A program made the translations under genes and the position numbers. The notes under the pieces are model-generated. The model had not been told where the DNA came from and did no database searches. It saw only the letters and a list, made by a program, of their open reading frames with translations. A DNA stretch of 33,002 bases from Bacteroidales bacterium (GTDB taxonomy: Bacteria; Bacteroidota; Bacteroidia; Bacteroidales; UBA4181): contig JAISDP010000196.1 of assembly GCA_031264715.1 (NCBI GenBank), positions 1 to 33,002 on the forward strand. The letters are read 5' to 3'. This document shows positions 10,284-18,600 of the stretch, in pieces; positions within the stretch are counted from its first letter, which is position 1, and each line of letters begins with the position of its first letter.

Positions 10284-11237
10284 TTTCACCACAGTATCGG
10301 CATAGCGACTGGGAAATGCAGCGAAAAAGCCTGACACGGGGACGCCGCTGCCGACGCAACGGATATTTGTTTCCACATTGGCCGGCGGCCCGCTGAAAAT
10401 CGGGTTCGAACCGCGTATTTCCGAGCGCACATTGCTGATGAAAGTAGCATACTCTTTCGGAATGGCATTAATATTGAGCGTCACTTTGTCGCCGGCGCGC
10501 AGTATTTCAACTTCTGCGTCTGCGTCTTCGGGGGCCTGGTTCAGGTAGTAGCACGCCACTCCGTTTATGTATTGCCCGTTAATGAATTTGTCGTCCATTA
10601 TAAAAAACTTATTGATGGTAGAGTTGACGGTCACATCGTTGATGGCGACAAAGATGCTGTAAAAATTTTCTTCGGGCATATCCTGGGCGTACAGAAGCAC
10701 TTCCACCATGTTCTTGAAAACAGCGGACGCCTGCAACCCCACCGAATCGATAAAATTGATGCGGGTAAGATATGATGACGATTGATAATGTTCGGGGACA
10801 TGATCGCCGTCGAAATCAAGGCGGACATCCAGCGTATAGGTTTTACCCTCTTCGCCGTATACATCGGCGGCTGTCTGATACAAGCCGGCCACCGTATCAT
10901 TCCTGGCCAGCGGTATCACCTTTCCGTCGTTATCCGAAACAGTAACCGTAGCATTGTTGATGCCTTCGGGACTGTCGGTAGTGAAATAGCCTGCCGAACG
11001 GGTGATCCGTATCGAATGTTGCATGGTGTCGGTGGTGATATAGCCATAAATGACTAATCGTGGCGGCGCATCGTCGGTTTCAATGCTGATGCGTTCGGTG
11101 CAGGCGGCTGCTGCAATTACCGGGAGCAAACACCATAACGCCAGCCTGACAGGCCTGATGGATGATTGCCGCAGGAAGTCTGCCGTATATTTGGAACCTG
11201 ACAGGTTGCCAGGGTATCTGTTAAAAAATTTTTCCAC
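10260..11237 (-). CDS. DUF4249-like lipoprotein
   Basis: Lipobox AAAAC-TERISI, then PPRLVIYGYIT, NATVTVSD, GLYQT, GKTYTLDV, PPANVETNI and SGFF. The start is uncertain: GTG 11237 just after the lpxB stop is preferred over ORF-track 11282. Confidence 0.75.
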   Translation of the reverse strand: MEKFFNRYPGNLSGSKYTADFLRQSSIRPVRLALWCLLPVIAAAACTERISIETDDAPPRLVIYGYITTDTMQHSIRITRSAGYFTTDSPEGINNATVTVSDNDGKVIPLARNDTVAGLYQTAADVYGEEGKTYTLDVRLDFDGDHVPEHYQSSSYLTRINFIDSVGLQASAVFKNMVEVLLYAQDMPEENFYSIFVAINDVTVNSTINKFFIMDDKFINGQYINGVACYYLNQAPEDADAEVEILRAGDKVTLNINAIPKEYATFISNVRSEIRGSNPIFSGPPANVETNIRCVGSGVPVSGFFAAFPSRYADTVVKEEFRLKK

Positions 11238-11245
11238 TGTCGGAA

Positions 11246-12427
11246 TTAATATTTTGGGACCTGCTGCCCAATAACAGACCAAACTGTTTCGGCTGCTTTT
11301 TGGGAGGGCGTCATGTCGCCGGGTTTCAATTTCAGGAGATATTGCTGCGCTTCGTCCATTTGGGCTTTTGCCTTGTCGGATTGTTGCATCAGGTCAAGTA
11401 CTTTTGGGGTGATCAACGGTTCGCGGCAGTTTTCGAGCACAAATTCGGGAATCACAAACTTGTCCGCCAGTATATTGATCAGGTTGGCATATTTTGTCCC
11501 GGCAAAATGTTTCAATATCTTGTTGGTGACGTAACCGAACCTGTAAGCGATCACATGGGGTATGCCGAAAGCCGTGAGTTCCAGCGATACCGTCCCTGAT
11601 GCGGCCAGGGCGAACATGCTTGCCTGGAAAGCGGCGTACCGTTCGTATTGTCCCATAATGATGCGGTGAGGGACTTCCAGATCGGCAAAAGCAGCTTCCA
11701 CTTCGCGGGAAATAGCAGCTACCGACGGAATCACCACATACAGGTCGGGGAACGTTTTTTTCAGTTGCAGGAGCGCCTGCCTGAAAACGGGTATCAGCCG
11801 TTTGATCTCACTGTGGCGGCTTCCCGGCAGTACCGACATCAGTGTACATTGTTCGGGTATACCGTATTTTACCTTGAAGGCAACCGGATCGTTCACTAAG
11901 TTGGCCGTGGTTTCGATAACGGGATGTCCCACGAAAGTGCAATTCAGCCCGTACTTTTCAAAATAGGGCGGTTCGTAAGGGAGTAGCGCCATCAGCCGGT
12001 CAACTAACCGGGCGACGGTTTTGGCGCGACCTTTTTTCCATGCCCACACCTGCGGCGCGACATAATGTACTTTGGGTATTTTGCAGCCTTCCTTTTTCAA
12101 CCGGGCAAGCACCTGATGTACAAAACCCCAGCTATCAACCGTTACCACCACATCGGGACGCTGCTCGCGGATATCGGCCACAACCTGTTTCACCCGCCGC
12201 AGGATGACCCGCAGTTTGGGCACCACTTCCATGATCCCCATGACGGAAATTTCGGAAATGTCGAACAGGCTTTCGAAACCCATCGCGATCATGGTTTCGC
12301 CGCCCATCCCGGCAAACCGGATGCCCGGGTCCTTATCATGCAAAGCCTGCATCAGCCTCGATGCAAGCAGGTCGCCCGACGGCTCGCCGGCAATAATGTA
12401 TACTAACTTTTGCTGTCTGTTGTCCAA
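11246..12427 (-). CDS. lpxB: Lipid-A-disaccharide synthase
   Basis: IIAGEPSGDLL, YVAPQVWAWK, FVGHP, LPGSRHSEI, ASGTVSLE, NLINIL...IPE. The start is probably TTG 12427 behind an A-rich leader; ATG 12508 is the alternative. Confidence 0.95.
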   Translation of the reverse strand: MDNRQQKLVYIIAGEPSGDLLASRLMQALHDKDPGIRFAGMGGETMIAMGFESLFDISEISVMGIMEVVPKLRVILRRVKQVVADIREQRPDVVVTVDSWGFVHQVLARLKKEGCKIPKVHYVAPQVWAWKKGRAKTVARLVDRLMALLPYEPPYFEKYGLNCTFVGHPVIETTANLVNDPVAFKVKYGIPEQCTLMSVLPGSRHSEIKRLIPVFRQALLQLKKTFPDLYVVIPSVAAISREVEAAFADLEVPHRIIMGQYERYAAFQASMFALAASGTVSLELTAFGIPHVIAYRFGYVTNKILKHFAGTKYANLINILADKFVIPEFVLENCREPLITPKVLDLMQQSDKAKAQMDEAQQYLLKLKPGDMTPSQKAAETVWSVIGQQVPKY

Positions 12428-12525
12428 ATTCTGTTTTTTGATTTGTTGCCCGAAAAGGCGCAGGAACGCAAAGAAATGACAGGAAGATAATACCGAGTGG
12501 ATATACATCCCTGCATTTTTTTGCG

Positions 12526-12556
12526 CAAAGTTACAAAATTACAAATTGTTCGCAAC
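12526..12556 (-). promoter_or_regulatory. Bacteroidetes sigma70 promoter upstream of lpxB (tandem -7 boxes)
   Basis: On the - strand, TAACTTTG (12533-12526) has a second box TAATTTTG (12541-12534) beside it, and GTTG lies 19 nt upstream of the first box. Confidence 0.6.
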
Positions 12557-12567
12557 CCCATTTTAAT

Positions 12568-13455
12568 TTAGGCATTTGCCCGCGCATCATCAATACCTTT
12601 GATGGTTTTGCGCAGGAATGTCTCGAACTGTACGGCAAACTCACGGCGATGCAAGGCAAATTCCACGGTGGTTTTCAGGAAGTCGAGCTTATTCCCGATA
12701 TCGTACCGTTTACCTTCGATTACCGACGCGATGATATTTTCCTGTTTCAGGAGCAGGCGCAAGGCATCGGTAAGTTGCACTTCGTTGCTTTTACCGCGTT
12801 CGGTACGTTCGATGGCCGGGAAAATCTGTGGCGTCAGGATGTAGCGTCCCGCTATTGCCAGGTCGGACGGCGCTTTGTCACATTCGGGCTTTTCCACCAA
12901 TTCCGACAGTTGCATGATCCGGTTGTTCAGTTGTGTGCCGCCCACAATCCCGTAGCGTGAAACCTTGTCGCGGGGAACGCGCTCCACAGCTATGGCGCAT
13001 TGGTGATACTGGTCGTAAGCGTCGACCAGTTGCTGGGTAACCGGGATCACAGAGTTGATAATGGTATCGCCCAGGAGTACGGCAAAAGGTTCGTTGCCGC
13101 AGTGGAACCGGGCATGGTAGATGGCATCGCCCAGGCCGCAGAGTTCCTTCTGGCGGATGAAATGGATATTAGCCATATCCTCGATGTGGCGGAGCTGGTT
13201 GTACAGCGTCTCGTCCTCCTGTTCCTGTATGCGCGCATCCAGTTCGGGATTCCTGTCGAAATGGTCTTCGATGGATCGCTTGCCTTTACCGGAAATAATC
13301 AAAATATCTTCGATGCCCGAATCGACACATTCCTGCACCACGTATTGGATGACGGGCGTGTCGATAATGGGCAGCATTTCCTTTGGTTGCGCCTTGGTTG
13401 CAGGCAAAAAACGAGTCCCGAGACCTGCTGCGGGGATAACTGCTTTTCTGATCAT
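12568..13455 (-). CDS. galU: UTP--sugar-1-phosphate uridylyltransferase, GalU family
   Basis: KAVIPAAGLGTRFLPATKAQPKEMLPI, IEDHFD, VEKP, GRYIL, EVQLTDA, RYDIG. Start set to ATG 13455 (MIRKAV); the upstream extension is translated repeat. Confidence 0.93.
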   Translation of the reverse strand: MIRKAVIPAAGLGTRFLPATKAQPKEMLPIIDTPVIQYVVQECVDSGIEDILIISGKGKRSIEDHFDRNPELDARIQEQEDETLYNQLRHIEDMANIHFIRQKELCGLGDAIYHARFHCGNEPFAVLLGDTIINSVIPVTQQLVDAYDQYHQCAIAVERVPRDKVSRYGIVGGTQLNNRIMQLSELVEKPECDKAPSDLAIAGRYILTPQIFPAIERTERGKSNEVQLTDALRLLLKQENIIASVIEGKRYDIGNKLDFLKTTVEFALHRREFAVQFETFLRKTIKGIDDARANA

Positions 13456-13464
13456 GTTTACGAT

Positions 13465-13556
13465 AGCGTTTGTAGCGTTTACAGCGCTCCTGGCGCTCAT
13501 AACGCTTGTAGCGCCGGGGCGCTTTACGTTATGAGCGTTCGGGCGTTATGAACGCC
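13465..13556. repeat. Degenerate 9-bp tandem repeat folding into a hairpin, between the kinase and galU
   Basis: AGCGTTTGT, AGCGTTTAC, AGCGCTCCT, GGCGCTCAT, AACGCTTGT, AGCGCCGGG at exact 9-nt steps from 13465. There is an 11-bp IR, CGCTCATAACG (13494-13504) / CGTTATGAGCG (13527-13537), with an inner AGCGCC/GGCGCT stem. Confidence 0.75.
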
Positions 13557-14551
13557 TATAATACATAAGGTTTAATTACTCTTGCATTGATTTTCCGGAG
13601 GTTTACCACTAATTTGCTCAGGGTATCATCGTCGGGATACATGCCGATGATGGCGCCTCCCGAGCCCGAAAATTTGGCCGAAGCGCCCGATAAACGCGCA
13701 ACCCGCACAAGCTCCATGTTATTTTCGGAGATATTCATGATTTTGCACCGGAGATCGAAATTGTAATTGATCAACTGGTTCAAAGTCTTGTAATCCCTGT
13801 TGATGATGGCCTGTTTGCCTTCCACTGCCACATCGCCCAGCTCGCGGATGGTCTGGTGTACCAGTTCGTCGCCATTGTTGTAGCGTTCTTTCAGGTTGTT
13901 GAATACAGGCCCCGACACTTTGCTCAGGTCGGTCTTGTAGGCCATGTACAGTTTGGGAAGCATTGCAGGGTCCAGTCGCTGATACTTGCCGTGATTGTGC
14001 TTTTCCATGTATTTCCTGTCGAAATCCATATACACGCAGCCTTCATAAACCTGTATTACCCTGTCCTGCAAGCCGGCATTGATGGACAATTCCTCGGTTT
14101 CGGCAGCAAGCACGAGACTGGGCACCACTTCAACCGGTACCTGCACGCCGTAGAACTGCATCAAGGCGCGCATGGCGGCGGTAGCGATGGCGCTGGATCC
14201 GGCCATACCTACCTGGCGCGGTATGGACGATTCGTAGCGTATGGTGAAGTTCTTGTTTGCCAGCTTGATCCGGTTCAAATCACAATATTCGCAGAAGCGC
14301 TTGATTACGGCTTTAATCAGGCGCCTGCCTCCGTAATAACCGTTTTGCCTGATGGTTTCGGTCAGATGGTATATGTTGCGGAAACTGTTCCGGTCAACCT
14401 CCATTTCCTCTATTACCAGTTCGGGAGTTTGGTACAGTGACACGATCGCCCCGAAATTCTTGACAATAATCGAAATCGTTTTTCCAAAATACCCGTCCGA
14501 CGGATTTCCCAGCAATCCGGCACGAGCATATGCCCTACATTCTATGATCAT
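13556..14551 (-). CDS. GHMP-family sugar kinase, glucuronokinase-like
   Basis: GHMP ATP loop IPRQVGMAGSSA and C-terminal KFSGSGGA. ARAGLLGNPSDGYFGKTIS, GYYGGRRL and AGLQDRVIQVYEGCVYMDF resemble plant glucuronokinase motifs as I recall them. Confidence 0.8.
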   Translation of the reverse strand: MIIECRAYARAGLLGNPSDGYFGKTISIIVKNFGAIVSLYQTPELVIEEMEVDRNSFRNIYHLTETIRQNGYYGGRRLIKAVIKRFCEYCDLNRIKLANKNFTIRYESSIPRQVGMAGSSAIATAAMRALMQFYGVQVPVEVVPSLVLAAETEELSINAGLQDRVIQVYEGCVYMDFDRKYMEKHNHGKYQRLDPAMLPKLYMAYKTDLSKVSGPVFNNLKERYNNGDELVHQTIRELGDVAVEGKQAIINRDYKTLNQLINYNFDLRCKIMNISENNMELVRVARLSGASAKFSGSGGAIIGMYPDDDTLSKLVVNLRKINARVIKPYVL

Positions 14552-14586
14552 AATCGGAACCTGTAAAATGATTCTACTTCACGCGT

Positions 14587-14686
14587 CAAAAATAAGCATT
14601 TTGTTAACATGCGACGAAAAAAGACGAAAAAAGCGCATAATTGCAACCCTGTAGAGCCTGTAGAGTTTGAAAAACATTTATCTTTG
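14587..14686. promoter_or_regulatory. Divergent promoter region (kinase-galU leftward, ECF sigma rightward)
   Basis: The - strand has TATTTTTG (14594-14587) with TTCG 20 nt upstream; the + strand has TATCTTTG (14679-14686). Two perfect tandem duplications lie between them: GACGAAAAAA x2 (14613-14632) and CCTGTAGAG x2 (14648-14665). Confidence 0.6.
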
Positions 14687-14702
14687 CCAAAAAAATACGC
14701 GA

Positions 14703-15275
14703 ATGTCCGAGTTCGATTCTGTCAATATTGCTGTAAAGGAACTGAAGGACGGTAATAAAAAAACATTTGAATGGATGTTTAAAGCCTATTACCGCGGGTT
14801 GTGTTTTTATGCAGAAGGGATCGTTGGGGAGAAAGAAGCCGCCGAAGAAATCGTAAGCGATTTCTTTATGAAATTATGGGAGAATCACGAAATCATACAC
14901 ATCACCACTTCATTGCAGGCCTATTTGTATAAAGGCATCTACAACAACAGTCTGAAATATCTGGAACACATTAAAGTATTAAATAAATACCGCGGATATG
15001 GCCGGTATATGGCTACTAACCACGACTTATTCCAACCGCAGGCCGATCAGCCTTTATCCATGCTGATATCCCGGGAGACGGTGGCCGAAATAGAAAATGC
15101 CATAGACGCCTTGCCCGCACAATGTAAGGAAGTATTCTCCCTGGCGCGTCTGGAAGGATTAAGTTATCAGGAAATAGCAGAAAAATTAGATATTTCCATT
15201 AATACAGTTCGTACACAGATCACCCGCGCAATGACTAAACTGCGGGAATCACTTGGAAAATTGATAAAAAATTAA
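14703..15275 (+). CDS. ECF RNA polymerase sigma-70 factor (Bacteroides expansion type)
   Basis: AEEIVSDFFMKLWE, AYLY, LPAQCKEVFSLARLEGLSYQEIAEKLDISINTVRTQITRA (region 4 HTH). Start ATG 14703 lies downstream of the -7 box. Confidence 0.93.
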   Translation: MSEFDSVNIAVKELKDGNKKTFEWMFKAYYRGLCFYAEGIVGEKEAAEEIVSDFFMKLWENHEIIHITTSLQAYLYKGIYNNSLKYLEHIKVLNKYRGYGRYMATNHDLFQPQADQPLSMLISRETVAEIENAIDALPAQCKEVFSLARLEGLSYQEIAEKLDISINTVRTQITRAMTKLRESLGKLIKN

Positions 15276-15292
15276 AAAAATTTATTTTCCCT

Positions 15293-15323
15293 GTCACATC
15301 TTTTTTGTCCTAACCGGTCTTAT
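15293..15323 (+). promoter_or_regulatory. Possible ECF-dependent promoter directly downstream of the sigma gene
   Basis: GTCAC, a T-rich spacer, then GGTCTTAT. Position and form resemble motifs that follow PUL ECF genes; this is inference only. Confidence 0.3.
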
Positions 15324-15685
15324 AATGTGATCGGCTTATCCGGTGAAGGATAACCCGTATCACATATCTGTAAAAAGTTATTCAAAATAAATCACTTAAC
15401 CTGTTTTGCCAATGGAGTAATCTGCAAGTAAATTAAAATACTGATCCTTTGCGAAAATAATAGATGTTTCGTAGAGGAGGAAAATTATAATTAAGAGATG
15501 CGAAATAAACAAGAAAGATATAACGGCTTTATGATGTGATGTGTAGCAAACAGTGCGTCGAATGTGTGTACATTGGACAGGATGCAACAACATTGAACAT
15601 TTATATCATTGATGTGTTATTTATTTTTCATCCCTAAAGAGAATTATACGAGCGAATTTTATAACAAATCTTAAATTACGGTTTT

Positions 15686-18600
15686 ATGCAAAAACTATTA
15701 GAAAATAGATTTTTCAAATTGAATGGCGAGGCTTTAAAACTATTGGGTTTATTGCCTGTCATGGTTTTTATGTTATCTGCTCCTTTATACGGGCAGGATG
15801 CACGCCAGATAACAGGCGTGGTGAAGAGCGCTGATGGCGAAACGATGCCAGGCGTAAACGTGGTTGAGCGAGGGACAACCAACGGTATAGCAACCAATAT
15901 TGACGGACAGTATTCTATCAGAGTCCCCAACAACGATACGGTCGTTTTGATTTTTTCGTCCGTTGGCTATGACCGTCAAGAGATTACCATTGGGAATTTG
16001 AGGACTGTCAATGTTGTGATGAACGAATCGAGCCAGCAACTTGACGAAGTGGTGGTAGTAGGTTATGGTATTCAGTCAAAAGCGAGTGTCGTGGGATCTA
16101 TTGTGCAAGCTTCCGGAGACGATTTGAAACGTGCAGTGAGCGGTTCCGATATTACTGCTGCTTTATCCTCGCAATTGCCGGGGGTTATCTCCTTGACGTC
16201 TTCGGGCGAACCGGGTGGAATCCTTACCGGGGAAAGTTCGACCAACCTCTATATTCGCGGGCAAAATACATGGAACAACTCAGGTCCGCTGGTACTTGTC
16301 GACGGGGTTGAACGCCCCTTAATGAGCGTTGATCCCAACGAGGTTGAATCGGTTTCGGTTTTGAAAGATGCTTCGGCAACAGCTGTTTACGGGGTAAAAG
16401 GCGCCAACGGCGTACTTCTTATCACTACCAAACGCGGAATCGAAGGTAAGACTAAATTGTCTGTCAATTATACGGCAACAGGAATCATGTTGTCTAAATT
16501 ACCCGGAATGTTGGATTCCTATGACGCTTTGATGGCAAAAAATGAAATGATAGAACGCGAGGTTTCTCTTCGCGAAGCCTCGTGGGCTGATTATACTCCG
16601 TACGAAGTCGTGGCGCGTTACAAGTACAGGCAATCGCCTGAAGACAAGTATATTTTTCCGAATGTTGACTGGAAAGATGAGATGTTCAAAAAGATGGGAT
16701 TTCAGCATCGGGTAAACGTCAATGCACAGGGCGGAAACAAGACGATCAAGTATTTTGGTCAACTGTCCTATTTATACGAAGGCGATATGATGAAGAAGTA
16801 TGACAACGGTAAGGGATATGACCCAAGTTATGCCGCCAACCGTTTCAATTTCAGAAGCAATATTGATGTTAACCTGACAAGTACTACGAAATTTAAAATG
16901 AACCTGGCAGGATCATTCAGTCAAAAGAATACCAATTATAATAACACCGGTTCTACCGGTCGTGCTGACCAATGGATGTGGGCTGCCGTATACGGTTTGG
17001 CGCCGGATTTATTCCCTGCACAGTATCCCGACGGGTATTGGGGCGCTTATTCCGAGGGAGGTAACAATACCGTAAATCCCGCAGCAGTTGTTGCCAATAT
17101 GGGCGTGCGCAAAGCGCGGGAAACCCAGTTGCAGTCCAATTTCGTGCTGGAGCAGGATTTGAAAATGATTACCAAAGGTTTGAATGCGGCGGTAACGCTG
17201 GCTTTTGATAACAGGATACGATCTGAAGGCGGTATTTACGACGTTGCCAATCATGGCAGGCCCGGCGAAGAAGCGACAAATATTGCTTACAGGCAGATTT
17301 ATCCTTCCAGGTATCTTGAAAATCCGGATGATGAGAGCTATTATACCGTATATTTGCCCGCCTCTTCAGGCGACTACGACTGGTATGTGCGCCCGTGGAG
17401 CATCCGCCAGGAGGGAGTCGCTACAGGTCTGGAAAATAGCTGGACGAGCAGATTGCCGGTCGACAGGTTTTTAATGTATCAGTTTCAATTAACTTATGCA
17501 CGAAAATTTGGCAGTCATTCGGTAGGGGCGACAGGAGTATTCAAACGGGAAGAAAGCGCTAAGGGAGCCGAATTTAAACGTTACAGGGAAGACTGGGTTT
17601 TCCGCGTCACCTATGATTACGCTTCGCGCTATATGTTCGAGTTCAACGGCGCTTATAACGGTTCCGAAAAATTCGGTCCGGGTTACCGGTTCGACTTTTT
17701 CCCGTCGTTAGGACTGGGATGGTATATCTCAAACGAACGCTTTTTCTCGAATATCAAATGGGTCGATCGTCTTAAAGTACGGTACAGCATAGGTATAGCA
17801 GGGGCTGACGATGCAGGCGGCAGATATCTTTATGAACAGCAGTATGCATACGGCGGCGCTGCCCATTTGGTCTATAATGCCAATAACAATAGCCCGTATT
17901 CCTTTTACCGCATCGCCAGCAAAGCCAATCCCGATGCCCGGTGGGAACAGGCTTTGAAGACCAATTACGGTTTGGAATTCGGCATATTGAAAAACCTTGT
18001 TTCATTGAGTTTTGATTACTTTACCGAAAACCGTACCGACATTTTGATTGCCGGAAACAACAGGTCTGTTCCGGTATATTATGGATTCAGTCCGCCTGCG
18101 GTCAATTCGGGTCAAGTTAAATCGAACGGGTTCGAAATAGAGTTGGGGCTTAACAAATCCATTAATAAAGACATTGATGTCTGGGCGAAATTTTCGTTAA
18201 CGCATACCCGGAATAAGGTTATATTCAGGGATGACCCGCCTCTGGCCGATGATCACATGAAAGCCCAGGATTTTAGGATTGGCCAAAATAAGAGAGTGCT
18301 GAACACCGGATATTTTTACAATAACTGGGATGAGGTATGGGCGAGCGCGCCTACTGAAACCAACGATCTCCAAAAGCTTCCGGGTTATTATGACCAGATT
18401 GATTACGATGGCAATGGCGTCATTAGCAGTACTTACGATTCAGCTCCGGTGGGATATTCCGAAGTGCCTGAAAATACAGGCAGTTTGACGCTGGGCGCGT
18501 CATACAGGGGGCTGTCCTTCACTATCCAGTTCTTTGGGGCGAACAATAGCAACCGTTACATTGGCTGGGATAATTACCGGAACAATACGAATGTTGTATA

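Noticed and set aside
13556-14551. Mevalonate kinase or galactokinase call for the GHMP protein
   Set aside because: It lacks the GEH-x-D/GEHAVVYG first motif of those enzymes and has GNPSDGY instead; no mevalonate or Leloir pathway genes other than galU are adjacent.
15396-15593. 65-aa minus-strand ORF in the susC leader
   Set aside because: TTG start, AT-rich low-information sequence and no FecR or other motif; a small protein cannot be fully excluded.
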